Of a stretch of 64,000 bases of DNA, positions 48,401-58,568 are shown one piece after another. The notes beneath the pieces were generated by a model. The model ran no database searches. It had not been told where the DNA came from and was given only the letters and a program-made list of their open reading frames with translations. A program made the position numbers and the translations under genes. Position 1 is the first letter of the stretch, and every line of letters begins with the position of its first letter. The stretch is taken from contig LFCP01000004.1 in the NCBI GenBank assembly GCA_001189155.1, positions 133,618 to 197,617 on the forward strand, in the 5' to 3' direction. The stretch comes from Parcubacteria bacterium C7867-006. GTDB lineage: Bacteria > Patescibacteriota > Minisyncoccia > Phycocordibacterales > DATDWN01.

Positions 48401-49693
48401 TTATTTTAATTGAGCATTTAACTCCAAATTAACTCTATTGAGTGCCTCTGGTATACTAGTTTTTCCACCAGTTATAGATTCTATCATATCCCTAAACAAG
48501 TTTGAGCTTTGTGTTGGTTCTGGATCAATCCATGAGTGTGAAATCAAAGCTGAGTTATAAAATACAGTTCTGTAGGCATCTGTTGGCGCATCTGCTAACA
48601 AATCTCTTCTTACTGGAGGAAGATTAACTACAGTTTCAAGTGCTTTTATAGATGCTGGCTCTACCAAAGATACAGCTAGAGTGTATGCGCCAGCAATTTT
48701 TTGAGATTGTTTAACAATAGAGAGCGAATACATATGTCCAAATACAGATTTTTTTGGAGCATTTCTTATTTGAGGAACATAAGTTACATCAAAATTTAAG
48801 TTTGAATTTTTTTGTTGTATAGGGAATATTTCTGAAGCAAATCCAATATATGTTGCAAGATTTCCAGCTAAAAACATATTTAATGAGTTTGGTAATGATC
48901 TGTTCCATGTATAAGCAGGAGAAGTTGGATTTGAAAACTGAGTATAGAAACTGACTGCTGACTGACTAGGTGCTATAGGATAGTTAAATACAGCATTTAA
49001 AACAGATACTACATTGCTGTTTTGTCTTGTTGTAATAGGAGTACCAGCCTGAATCAATATCATTGATAGAATCTCTTTTGCATTTACTATATTTCTCCAC
49101 TCTCCCAATGCAACAGTAGCTTGTAAAATGTTCGCATTGTTATCACGTTTAGTCATTTTATTTATAAGATCATATATCTCATCCCAATATTTTGGAGGTT
49201 GAGGAATGACATTGTTTGAAAACATATCTCTATTCCAATACATAACAAGAGGATCAACAATAAAAGGCAGTGAGGTGACACCATCTGGAGCTAGAAACAT
49301 TTCCCCTTCCTCTATGAAAGTATCTTTAAATGTTCTAGCTGAATAGTTTTTATATGGAATAGTAAAAATTTTATTTCTATTCTGATAAACCCAATCATCT
49401 CTCAATATCACAAGATCAGGTCCCTTTCCGTCAGCAAGAGCCTCAACAAAGCTTTGTTGAAAATCTACAGAATCCTTTTTAACATAAGTAACTTTTATTA
49501 GTTTATTACTTGCAACAGAAGAAGCTTTATAGGCGGCATTAAAAGCATTATCACTTATTGTTCCCCAAACCAACAAATCAGCTTGAGCTGATGAAGATGA
49601 CCCTTTCGACATAGCAAACAAGAAAAGCCCGACCACTATTGAAACAGAAAAGATTGCTAAAACTGCAAGTTGAAATTTACTTAGATTATTCAT
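48401..49693 (-). CDS. Extracellular solute-binding protein-like (family 1 SBP-like), membrane-anchored
   Basis: N-terminal anchor; LLVWGTISDNAFNAAYK...KVTYVKKDS...GKGPDLVIL matches the SBP_bac_1 pattern. No permease genes are adjacent. Confidence 0.45.
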   Translation of the reverse strand: MNNLSKFQLAVLAIFSVSIVVGLFLFAMSKGSSSSAQADLLVWGTISDNAFNAAYKASSVASNKLIKVTYVKKDSVDFQQSFVEALADGKGPDLVILRDDWVYQNRNKIFTIPYKNYSARTFKDTFIEEGEMFLAPDGVTSLPFIVDPLVMYWNRDMFSNNVIPQPPKYWDEIYDLINKMTKRDNNANILQATVALGEWRNIVNAKEILSMILIQAGTPITTRQNSNVVSVLNAVFNYPIAPSQSAVSFYTQFSNPTSPAYTWNRSLPNSLNMFLAGNLATYIGFASEIFPIQQKNSNLNFDVTYVPQIRNAPKKSVFGHMYSLSIVKQSQKIAGAYTLAVSLVEPASIKALETVVNLPPVRRDLLADAPTDAYRTVFYNSALISHSWIDPEPTQSSNLFRDMIESITGGKTSIPEALNRVNLELNAQLK

Positions 49694-49698
49694 ATCTG

Positions 49699-50226
49699 TT
49701 ACATTTTCTTAAAAATAAAACCATAATGATGGCTACCAGCTGAAACTTCTCTATCCATATGAAAACCAGCCTTTTCAAACAGAGTCTGTGCTTTATCTTT
49801 TTTTATGACCGATTTTGGAGTTGGACCTATTCCACCAAAAGAATCTGCCCAATCAACAACTAAAACTCTTCCGCCTGGTTTCAAAACCCTCTTCAATTCC
49901 TTAATCATCCCATCTTTATCATCTAATTGAAATAAAATATTTCCAAGAAAAACTAAATCAATTGAAGAATCACGAAGTTTGGTGCCGTTTGGTTTCTCTA
50001 TATCACCCCAAATAACCTCAACATTGTATAAACCCTCACGTGTAGCGTGGTTTTTGAGTTTTGTAAGTAAGTCCTTATTTACATCTATAGAATAAACACG
50101 GCCAGTAGACATCAAAGCTTTTGCAGCCGCCAGAGTGTAATGACCTGACCCACTACCAAAATCAGCAACCTCCATCCCTGCTTGTATTCCACAACTTTCA
50201 ACATTTTTTACTGGATCAGAGAACAT
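49699..50226 (-). CDS. Class I SAM-dependent methyltransferase
   Basis: Motif I VADFGSGSGHYT and motif II region. Confidence 0.7.
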   Translation of the reverse strand: MFSDPVKNVESCGIQAGMEVADFGSGSGHYTLAAAKALMSTGRVYSIDVNKDLLTKLKNHATREGLYNVEVIWGDIEKPNGTKLRDSSIDLVFLGNILFQLDDKDGMIKELKRVLKPGGRVLVVDWADSFGGIGPTPKSVIKKDKAQTLFEKAGFHMDREVSAGSHHYGFIFKKM

Positions 50227-50325
50227 AGTTTTTGTTAACTATATTGTAATACGAAAAAATATTATAAGTAAGTAGGTTATGAACATAGAATTTGTCGAAC
50301 CAAAAACTTTTTATAGGGGTTAGGG

Positions 50326-50346
50326 GTAGGGTCTGGCATATCAAAA
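50326..50346 (+). other. G-rich tract GGGGTTAGGGGTAGGGTCTGG (potential G-quadruplex) flanked by a 12-bp inverted repeat (AACATAGAATTT at 50282..50293 / AAATTCTATGTT at 50361..50372)
   Basis: Read directly; unusual in AT-rich DNA; it lies between the gyrA 3' end and the methyltransferase 5' end. Confidence 0.4.
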
Positions 50347-50371
50347 GTTTTTGTGAGTAAAAATTCTATGT

Positions 50372-52849
50372 TTACAAACAAATCAATGAAGCAATACTAT
50401 CTCCGTCGCGCAACTTCATGATGCGAACTCCCTGAGTCTGTCGTCCTAACACTGGAATCTCCTTTGCATCCACTCTTATCACTTGAGACTTCTTTGAAAT
50501 AGCCACTATCTCTCCCTCACCTTCGGCAAAAACTTTTGCTGAAATAAGATTTCCTGTTTTTGGAGTAACATTTGCTGTTTTGATACCACTTCCACCTCTG
50601 TTTTGTATCTTATACTCATCTATATCTGTACACTTTCCATATCCATTTGCAGAAATAACCATCAAACTACCATTATTCATTGAGTTTGGAACTGTTTCAG
50701 CGGAAATAACAACATCACCTTTACCTAGTTTTATTGCTCTAACACCCATAGCTGTTCTTCCCATCTCTCTTATATCTGCCTCTTTAAAATGAATTGACTG
50801 ACCTTTTTGTGTAACAACTATAACTGTGTCTTTACTATGAGTGAATGAAGCAGAGACTAGTTCGTCTTTATCTTCTAGCTTGATAGCGATAATTCCTGAA
50901 ATACGCACATCGTGGAATGATGCTGTTGCTACTTTCTTTGCGACTCCCTGCTTTGTAACCATCATCAGAGAACTTGTCTCTTTCTTAACTTCTTTTGGCA
51001 TTGGTAGAACAGATGTAACACTCTCACCCTCACCTAGAGGCAAGAAGTTCATTATAGACTTACCTTTTGTTGCTCTTCGCCCTTCTGGAATATCATACAT
51101 TTTTGTTTGATATGCTTTTCCTTTGTTTGTGAAAAATAGTAGGTCGGAGTGAGTAGATGCGATAAGAAGCATTGTCACAAAATCCTCTTCTTTTGTATCC
51201 AAATCAACAACTCCAACCCCTCCTCGTTTTTGTTTTCGAAATTCATCTGGATTTGTTCTTTTTATGTATCCACCAGCAGTTAGAACTAAAGCGTTTTCCT
51301 CATCAGGAATTAAATCCTCAACTGACAAAACTTGAGCTCCGCCTTTTATAATACGAGTTCTTCTTTCATCACCATATTTCTCTTTTATTTCTTTACTTTC
51401 GTCTTTTATTATTCCCAAAATCTTTTTTGGTGATGCAAGAATCGCCTTACACTCTTCAATAAATAGTTGAACTGCTTTTAATTCATCCTCGATTTTCTTT
51501 CTTTCAAGACCAGCGAGTCTAGAAAGTTTCATTTCCAAAATAGCAGAAGCTTGGATTGCTGAAAACTTAAATTCTGACATCAAACGCTTATGTGCTTCAG
51601 TAGTGTCCTTTGAGCTTCTAATAAGTTTTATAATCTGCTCTATGTGATCAAGAGCTTTTTTAAGACCGAGTAAAATATGCTCTCTCTCAAGAGCCTTTTT
51701 CAAGTCATATTCTGTTCTGCGTCTTATAACAGTAACTCGGTGAGAGATAAAATTCTCCAAAATCCCTTTTAGAGAAAGTGTTTCTGGTACTCCGTTTACC
51801 AAAGCAAGCATATTGTAATGGAAAGTATCCTCTAGTTGAGTATGTTTATACAAATAATTCAAAACTGTTTGAGGATGCGCTGTTCCTTTGAGCTCAATAA
51901 CAATTCTAATATCTTTTGCTGACTCATCTCTAATATCTTTTATACCCTCTACTTTTTTCTCTCTATGTAAATCTACAATTTTCAAAATAAGATCTGATTT
52001 ATTAACACGAAAAGGAATAGAAGTGATAACAATCTGGAACTGACCAGACTTTGTTTCAACTATCTCAGCGTTACCACGAACAACAACACCACCTTTTCCA
52101 CTAGCATATGCATGAGCAATGTCTTTTTGATTGAAAGCAATACCTCCAATTGGAAAATCTGGTCCTTTTACAAACTCTAGTAAATCTTCAGTTGTAGCAT
52201 CTTTATTATCGGCAAGATGAATTACAGCATCCATTACCTCTCCCAAGTTATGCGGAGGAATGTTTGTTGCCATTCCAACAGCAATACCAAGTGTTCCGTT
52301 CAAAAGTAAGTTTGGAACTCTAGTTGGCAAAACCTTTGGCTCCTTCTTTGTTCCATCGTAGTTTGGAATAAAATCAACAGTTTCTTTTTCAATATCCTTC
52401 AAAAGTTCAGCAGCCAAACGAGACATTTTTGACTCTGTATATCTGTATGCAGCGGCGTTATCTCCATCAATAGAACCGAAGTTACCTTGTCCAACTATGA
52501 GTGGATATCGCATAACGAAGTCCTGAGCCATTTTCACCATTGAGTCATAAACAGCAACATCGCCATGAGGGTGGTAGTTTCCAATAACGTCTCCAACAAC
52601 AGTAGCGGATTTTCTTGTTTTACCAGAAAAAGTAAGATTATTCTCACCCATTGAGAACAAAATTCTTCTGTGTACAGGTTTCAAACCATCACGAACATCA
52701 GGAAGAGCACGGTCAGTAATAACTGACATAGCATAATCAATAAAAGAAGTTTTCATCTCATCAGTGATTTCCTGTGAGATCACATTTATATGAGGTAATG
52801 CTGCTACCGGTTCATCTCCATTACTGTCAGACTTGAGTTTTTTTGCCAT
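50372..52849 (-). CDS. gyrA: DNA gyrase subunit A
   Basis: Active-site region AAMRYTE-like ([10 protein letters not shown]), the QRDR region and C-terminal beta-pinwheel repeats. Confidence 0.9.
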   Translation of the reverse strand: MAKKLKSDSNGDEPVAALPHINVISQEITDEMKTSFIDYAMSVITDRALPDVRDGLKPVHRRILFSMGENNLTFSGKTRKSATVVGDVIGNYHPHGDVAVYDSMVKMAQDFVMRYPLIVGQGNFGSIDGDNAAAYRYTESKMSRLAAELLKDIEKETVDFIPNYDGTKKEPKVLPTRVPNLLLNGTLGIAVGMATNIPPHNLGEVMDAVIHLADNKDATTEDLLEFVKGPDFPIGGIAFNQKDIAHAYASGKGGVVVRGNAEIVETKSGQFQIVITSIPFRVNKSDLILKIVDLHREKKVEGIKDIRDESAKDIRIVIELKGTAHPQTVLNYLYKHTQLEDTFHYNMLALVNGVPETLSLKGILENFISHRVTVIRRRTEYDLKKALEREHILLGLKKALDHIEQIIKLIRSSKDTTEAHKRLMSEFKFSAIQASAILEMKLSRLAGLERKKIEDELKAVQLFIEECKAILASPKKILGIIKDESKEIKEKYGDERRTRIIKGGAQVLSVEDLIPDEENALVLTAGGYIKRTNPDEFRKQKRGGVGVVDLDTKEEDFVTMLLIASTHSDLLFFTNKGKAYQTKMYDIPEGRRATKGKSIMNFLPLGEGESVTSVLPMPKEVKKETSSLMMVTKQGVAKKVATASFHDVRISGIIAIKLEDKDELVSASFTHSKDTVIVVTQKGQSIHFKEADIREMGRTAMGVRAIKLGKGDVVISAETVPNSMNNGSLMVISANGYGKCTDIDEYKIQNRGGSGIKTANVTPKTGNLISAKVFAEGEGEIVAISKKSQVIRVDAKEIPVLGRQTQGVRIMKLRDGDSIASLICL

Positions 52850-52902
52850 AGAATTATGAAATTTATCCCACTATTATATCATATTGAGGCCAGAATTCCA
52901 AC

Positions 52903-53265
52903 CTACAAATCAGAGCTAATGTCCTCTGTTGTGTTTGATTCTGGCTCTGAAATAGGAGAAGGGGCAGTATCATTCGATACATAGTAAGTGCTTGTACCAA
53001 TAGAATAGACTGATTCTTTTAAATTATTTATTTGATTCTTAATTCCAAAAATACCCTCTTTTATATTCTCAAAAAAACTAGTAGTCGGACTTGCTTCAAC
53101 CGAAGCTGCTGTTTGTTTTTGTTTTTCTCTAAACCTAAAATCTGGATATATAACTGAAAGCCAAACTGCAAATATAGTTCCAACTAAAACAAAAGAAGTT
53201 AGAAAAGCTATTTTCTTTTTAGAACTTTCTGATTTTTGTCTGAGTCTTTCAATAAAATCAAACAT
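52903..53265 (-). CDS. Hypothetical membrane-anchored protein
   Basis: 120 aa with a single TM helix. Confidence 0.4.
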   Translation of the reverse strand: MFDFIERLRQKSESSKKKIAFLTSFVLVGTIFAVWLSVIYPDFRFREKQKQTAASVEASPTTSFFENIKEGIFGIKNQINNLKESVYSIGTSTYYVSNDTAPSPISEPESNTTEDISSDL

Positions 53266-53270
53266 TTTTA

Positions 53271-53912
53271 TTAAATAGCTTCAAGAATAACGATCTCACC
53301 TTCTTTACCCTCAACATCTTTTCTTTTTATGGTTAATTTATCTATAGGTTTTACTCCCTCTTCTCCAGATTCTTTCAAAAACTTTTTAAGAGCATCTTTT
53401 TCGCCAACATCTCCAAAGTGGCTAGGTATTATGATTTTTGGTTCAAACTGTACAGCTAGTTTGTGAGCAGTGGCTGAATCTAGAACATTATCTCCTCCAA
53501 TAGGAACAAACAAAATATCAACTGACTCTAAACCTTCTTTTGCTTCAGAAGAAAGCTTTTCATCAGAAAGAGCACCGAGAAAACCGAGATTAATCCCTTC
53601 AAGTGAAACTGTATATACAGTATTTATATGCTCTTTACCTCCGTATGTAGAACCAGACAAAAAACCCTTTATGAAAACACCCTGAACTTCGTACTCGCCA
53701 GGACCTTGGATAACAAAGGACTCTTTTTCTCCACGAGAAGTCTGCTCAACTCCGTTGTGCTCAGGTGAGTTTATAGAGACCAAAGTTATATCGCTTCCGA
53801 ACTTTGTTGATTTAAGTTTTGAATCTTTTGAAATAGGATTTACAGCAATAGTTGTATCTCCGAATGAAACTTTGAAAAAATCTGCTCCGTGGTATGTGAT
53901 TATCATACCCAC
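53271..53912 (-). CDS. MBL-fold metallo-hydrolase (UlaG-like)
   Basis: Beta-lactamase-fold pattern with terminal PSHFGD. Confidence 0.55.
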   Translation of the reverse strand: MGMIITYHGADFFKVSFGDTTIAVNPISKDSKLKSTKFGSDITLVSINSPEHNGVEQTSRGEKESFVIQGPGEYEVQGVFIKGFLSGSTYGGKEHINTVYTVSLEGINLGFLGALSDEKLSSEAKEGLESVDILFVPIGGDNVLDSATAHKLAVQFEPKIIIPSHFGDVGEKDALKKFLKESGEEGVKPIDKLTIKRKDVEGKEGEIVILEAI

Positions 53913-54068
53913 AGTGTAGCAAAAAACCTATACATTTCAAATGTATTGCAAAATGGGCATTTTTGGGTATACTTACTCTCTGTATATTAATAGCCGCAAT
54001 AGGACTTAACCTCGACCCATCCGGACACAGTAGTTAGGGATTGAAAAGCCTGGAGCACATATACTAAA

Positions 54069-55199
54069 ATGGCAAAAGCACAAGTTATTGAGGAGGAAAT
54101 AATGGAGGAGGCTGAAGTAAGTAAAAAGACTAGCACTATGGACAAAGTCCTAGATGCATCATCAAATCCCCCATCTATCGACGACGTAGTCGAAGGTAAA
54201 GTTATAGGTATAGAGAAATCAGCAGTTTATATAGATATACCACCTTTTGGAACTGGTATTATTTTTGGACGTGAGTATATAAATGCACGAGACATTATAA
54301 AGAAAATTAACGTCGGAGACTCTGTTGCAGGTAAGGTTGTTAGTATTTCTAACAAAGACGGTTACATAGAGATATCTCTAAAGGAAGCTAGACAAGCTCT
54401 AATCTGGTCAGAAGCAGAGGATGCTATCAGAGACAAGAAAATCTTTGAACTTCCTGTACAGGAAGCAAACAAAGGAGGACTTATCCTTTCATGGCAAGGT
54501 ATTTCTGGATTCCTTCCAGCTTCACAGCTTAAAACAGAGCACTATCCACGAGTTTCAGACGGAGACAAAGATAGAATTCTAGAAGAGCTAAAGAAACTAG
54601 TTGGTCAGAAAATCTCTGTTGCTATAATAGGCGCTTCTCCAAAAGAAGGTAAACTTATCTTCTCAGAGAAGAACCCTGAACAGAAAAACAAAGACTACAT
54701 AATCGGTAAATACCAGCTTAACGACGAAGTTATGGGTGAAGTTACAGGAATGGTAGACTTTGGTGTATTCGTAAAGCTTGAGGAAGGTCTAGAAGGTTTA
54801 GTACACATTTCAGAGATAGACTGGGCACTAGTTGAAAACCCAAAACTTCTATTCCATATCGGAGAGAAAATCAAAGTAAAAATTATTGAAATCAAGGACG
54901 GAAAGATATCTCTATCTATCAAGGCTTTGAAGGAAAATCCTTGGAAAGACGCAGAAAAGAAATACAAAAAGGATGACGTTGTTGAGGGTGTTGTTATTAA
55001 ATTCAACAAACATGGAGCTCTTGCTTCTATTGAAGAAGGTATAGCAGGACTCGTTCACATATCAGAGTTTGGATCAGATGAGAAACTTCATGATGCACTA
55101 GAACTTGGGAAAAACTACAAGTTCAAAATAACAATGTTTGATGCAAAGGAACAAAAAATGACACTTTCATTTGTTGATCCTAATAAAAAAGCTGAGTAA
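54069..55199 (+). CDS. rpsA: 30S ribosomal protein S1 (four S1 domains)
   Basis: Repeated S1 OB-fold motifs (GxV.....fGvFV.l..g..GLvHiSE). Confidence 0.85.
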   Translation: MAKAQVIEEEIMEEAEVSKKTSTMDKVLDASSNPPSIDDVVEGKVIGIEKSAVYIDIPPFGTGIIFGREYINARDIIKKINVGDSVAGKVVSISNKDGYIEISLKEARQALIWSEAEDAIRDKKIFELPVQEANKGGLILSWQGISGFLPASQLKTEHYPRVSDGDKDRILEELKKLVGQKISVAIIGASPKEGKLIFSEKNPEQKNKDYIIGKYQLNDEVMGEVTGMVDFGVFVKLEEGLEGLVHISEIDWALVENPKLLFHIGEKIKVKIIEIKDGKISLSIKALKENPWKDAEKKYKKDDVVEGVVIKFNKHGALASIEEGIAGLVHISEFGSDEKLHDALELGKNYKFKITMFDAKEQKMTLSFVDPNKKAE

Positions 55200-55223
55200 T
55201 TAAAAAATATTCAGATAGCAGAT

Positions 55224-55253
55224 AGGGCGGCCCGTGAGGACCGCCCTTTTTGT
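55224..55253 (+). terminator. Intrinsic terminator GGGCGG...CCGCCC-TTTTT after rpsA
   Basis: Read directly. Confidence 0.6.
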
Positions 55254-55270
55254 GTTAATCGAGTGAGGAA

Positions 55271-55591
55271 TCAATCGTTTTCGCGTTCGAACTCGTCGTC
55301 CTTATGATCCTTCCGACGCTTTTTCTCGACCGACAGTTTCTTTCGCTCGAGGATCTGGACGAGTTGTTCCGCCATCTCCTTGTGGTGTGATGGCAAACGA
55401 CTCGGCCAACTCTCAAGCCTAGAATGTACGAGAGCGATGAGCTCGTCGTGACCGGTCCGAATATCGAGCCTCATCATGAACCTCATGAAGTGGAATTCGA
55501 TACCCGTATCGATAGAAGCCGTTCGCATCTCCTTGATGAACGCCTCCGAAATCGAAAGCTCCTCGTCATCCTCAGACACTCGCTGCGCCAT
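55271..55591 (-). CDS. Hypothetical protein (GC-rich cassette L, between rpsA and pth)
   Basis: Start chosen at MAQRVSEDDEE with a GAAGGAG RBS 5 nt upstream; a TTGACT box is upstream; acidic/basic helical protein. Confidence 0.4.
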   Translation of the reverse strand: MAQRVSEDDEELSISEAFIKEMRTASIDTGIEFHFMRFMMRLDIRTGHDELIALVHSRLESWPSRLPSHHKEMAEQLVQILERKKLSVEKKRRKDHKDDEFEREND

Positions 55592-55642
55592 ATGTACTCC
55601 TTCAGTCTGCCAGAGTAACACTTTAATCGATTTAGTCAATTT

Positions 55643-56230
55643 CTAATTAAATCCTGTCATTGCTTTCTCCAAACCGTCAGATACAAAAACTTCTAGAGCT
55701 TCATTCACACCCTTTGAAAGCTTCTTCAGCTCCTTTATTTCTTCGTCTTTAAACTTTCCAAGTATTACTTTTGTTACAGCATCCTCACCTTTTGGTTTCT
55801 TTATCTTTCCGCTTGGTGTTGTAGGAGAAATCCCCACTCGAACGCGAGCGAACTTTTCTGTTTTTATGCTTTTTATTATCGACTCAAGTCCCCTATGCCC
55901 TCCAGATGATTTATTAAAGGAGATTTTTGAAACTCCGAAAGGTAAATCAAGATCATCATATATCACCATCATTTTTTCTGCAGATTTTACACTAGTAACA
56001 AGAGGCTTCACTGATTTTCCAGAATTGTTCATAAAAGTTTCTGGCAGAACTAAAGTAACAGGAGTTTTACCTACTTTTACTTTTGCTACAGTTGCATTTA
56101 GTTTTTTATCTAGTTTCCATTCTGCATCCAAAGACTTTCCAAACAATTCAACAAGCATCCTACCTGTGTTATGCCTTGTTTCCTTGTATTCATCTCCAGG
56201 ATTACCTAGACCAACTATTATATATGCCAT
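55643..56230 (-). CDS. pth: Peptidyl-tRNA hydrolase
   Basis: GLGNPG...HNTG motifs. Confidence 0.85.
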   Translation of the reverse strand: MAYIIVGLGNPGDEYKETRHNTGRMLVELFGKSLDAEWKLDKKLNATVAKVKVGKTPVTLVLPETFMNNSGKSVKPLVTSVKSAEKMMVIYDDLDLPFGVSKISFNKSSGGHRGLESIIKSIKTEKFARVRVGISPTTPSGKIKKPKGEDAVTKVILGKFKDEEIKELKKLSKGVNEALEVFVSDGLEKAMTGFN

Positions 56231-56419
56231 ACTGACTATACTACCACAACAAATAATCTCGTCGACTCATGATTTTTTTGGAACATCGCGGAGCGCGTGA
56301 AGACGTGAGCGCGAAGAAAATTTTCAGCAGAAAATTATTCTGTTTCCAAAAAAGTTATGAGGAAAAAGAGATTATGAAATTAATTTGTGTCAAACCATAT
56401 TTGGCTGTATAATGCAGCC

Positions 56420-57058
56420 ATGAATCCGGAAAAAGCTCCTATAGAAGCCATAAATACGCCAGAAAATGAACCTAGCTGGTGGAGTAAAGAGGGTCTAAAA
56501 TCTCTCGGAAAAGATGTTGGAGTATTTGCTTTTGTAGCTCTCTTTATAATACTTCCATTTAGAATATATGTAGCAGAGCCATATCTTGTAGATGGTCGTT
56601 CAATGGACCCAACTTTTTCTACAGGTGACTATCTTATTGTAGACAAACTATCAGAAATAAAAAGAAATGATGTGGTTGTTTTTAAAGCAGTTAACGCAAA
56701 CCAACCAAACAAAAGTTTTATAAAAAGAATTATTGGTCTTCCAGGAGAAACCGTAATTGTAAAAGATAATACCGTAAAAATAATCAACTCTGAGAATCCA
56801 GATGGATTCACATTGGATCAATCTTATATAACTCACAAATCTACAGGTAGTTACCAAAAAACTCTAGCTGGTGATGAATATTTTGTTATGGGAGACAATA
56901 GAGCCGAGAGTTATGACTCTCGTTATTGGGGGGCTCTTAATAGAGTATATATCACTGGTAAACCCATAGTCAGACTGTTTGGTATAAAAACATATGGACC
57001 AATGCCGGTTCCATTGTTAAATAAGTTTGATATTCTACCAGGAAAAGAAACTGAGTAA
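56420..57058 (+). CDS. lepB: Signal peptidase I
   Basis: SM (GRSMDPT), RIIGLPGE and GDNRAESYDSRYWG boxes. The ATG at 56420 sits immediately after a TATAAT box (56408..56413), so the mRNA may be leaderless. Confidence 0.75.
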   Translation: MNPEKAPIEAINTPENEPSWWSKEGLKSLGKDVGVFAFVALFIILPFRIYVAEPYLVDGRSMDPTFSTGDYLIVDKLSEIKRNDVVVFKAVNANQPNKSFIKRIIGLPGETVIVKDNTVKIINSENPDGFTLDQSYITHKSTGSYQKTLAGDEYFVMGDNRAESYDSRYWGALNRVYITGKPIVRLFGIKTYGPMPVPLLNKFDILPGKETE

Positions 57059-57073
57059 TTAACAAAAATCACT

Positions 57074-58273
57074 ATGGCCAAAAAAGAAGCAGTAAAGGAA
57101 AACTCTCATCTAGAAATCATTTGTGACAAAGTTGGAGAAATAGCTATTAACTATGGTTTTAATGTTATAAAAGCTCCAAACATAACAAGTGATGACTTGC
57201 ACAAATCAAAACAGTTCAAAGAATTTGATCATTACAATGATGTAGAAGAAAAAGTTGCTCTAACAAGATGGTATATGGATAAAAGAATGGACCTAGAAGC
57301 TCAGCCACTTGCCATTCACTACAAAAAGCCTCTTTCAGGAGGTCCTAACAAAAAGAAAACTAATGTTGAAACATATGGTTTTGAGATTATGGGAAGTAAC
57401 AGATCAACTAGTGAATCCTTGATATTAAAATGCGTAATTGCTGTATTAGAAGAGCTAGGATACAAGGATCTTTTTGTTGATATAAACAGTATTGGAGATC
57501 GTGAATCAATAGCTAGATTTGAAAGAGAAATAAATTCTTATTTCAGAAAACACGCCCATACCCTACCATCAAAAATAAAACTAGACTTTAAGAAAAACCA
57601 CTACGAAATACTGAAAAATAATCCTGAAGAAGCTAAGGAATTTTTGAAAAATGCCCCACAAACAGTTGGCTCTCTATCTGATGTTGCAAGACTACACCTA
57701 AAAGAAGTTCTGGAAAGTGTTGAGGCTTTTAATGTTGCATATAAAATAAAACCGAATCTAGTTTCAAATAAACACTATGCCTCATATACTATTTTCGAAA
57801 TAAGACAAATATCAGATAAAAAAGATGAGGATGGCGAACTTCTAGCTTATGGTTACAGATACAACCATCTAGCAAAAAAACTTGGTGGTAAAAGAGAGAT
57901 TCCTTCTATTGGAGCAACTATAATAGCAAAGAAGAATCACTCTTTAGCAAAAAAGGTTATAATAAAAAATATAAAAAAACCAAAATTCTACCTAGTTCAA
58001 CTTGGTAATACAGCAAAACTTAAGGCTTTAAATGTTGTTGAATTACTGCGAAAAAATAAGATCCCCGTATATCACTCTATAACAAAAGACAAGATAACAG
58101 GCCAACTAAACGGCGCTGAATATATGAAATCCACCCATGTGCTTATTATGGGCCAAAAAGAGGCCATAGAGAACAGTATGGTGGTTAGAAACATCCTAAA
58201 CAGAGAACAAGAAACTGTCCCTATAGCCAACCTCGTAGAATTCCTAAAAAACCTAGATAAAAGCAAAAAATAG
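57074..58273 (+). CDS. Histidyl-tRNA synthetase-like class II aaRS (motif 2 region degenerate)
   Basis: FEIMG...DINSIGDRESIARFEREINSYF matches the HisRS/HisZ core; the C-terminal region is an anticodon-binding-like domain. Confidence 0.5.
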   Translation: MAKKEAVKENSHLEIICDKVGEIAINYGFNVIKAPNITSDDLHKSKQFKEFDHYNDVEEKVALTRWYMDKRMDLEAQPLAIHYKKPLSGGPNKKKTNVETYGFEIMGSNRSTSESLILKCVIAVLEELGYKDLFVDINSIGDRESIARFEREINSYFRKHAHTLPSKIKLDFKKNHYEILKNNPEEAKEFLKNAPQTVGSLSDVARLHLKEVLESVEAFNVAYKIKPNLVSNKHYASYTIFEIRQISDKKDEDGELLAYGYRYNHLAKKLGGKREIPSIGATIIAKKNHSLAKKVIIKNIKKPKFYLVQLGNTAKLKALNVVELLRKNKIPVYHSITKDKITGQLNGAEYMKSTHVLIMGQKEAIENSMVVRNILNREQETVPIANLVEFLKNLDKSKK

Positions 58274-58321
58274 AGCCTAAGTCTTGAATTTTATAGACGA
58301 TTATGTTAGAGTAACCCCCAT

Positions 58322-58567
58322 ATGATAAACGCAGAAGTAGTAAGAACAGGCAGTGAAAATAACCTAAACCTTATCCGACGATTTACCAAAAAAGTCCAAG
58401 GTTCTGGTGTTTTACCTCGTGTTCGAAGTATTCGATACGCAACTAGAAAGCAGTCTGAATATGTAAAACAAAAGAAAACTCTTAAAGTTCTAAAGAGAAG
58501 AGAGGAGGTGTCTGAAATGATTAAGATGGGAAAAATGAACGAATTCACAGGACGAGGAAAAAAGTAA
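58322..58567 (+). CDS. rpsU: 30S ribosomal protein S21
   Basis: EVVRTGSENNLNLIRRFTKKVQGSGVLPRVRSIRYATRKQSE fits the bS21 pattern. Confidence 0.7.
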   Translation: MINAEVVRTGSENNLNLIRRFTKKVQGSGVLPRVRSIRYATRKQSEYVKQKKTLKVLKRREEVSEMIKMGKMNEFTGRGKK

Positions 58568-58568
58568 A

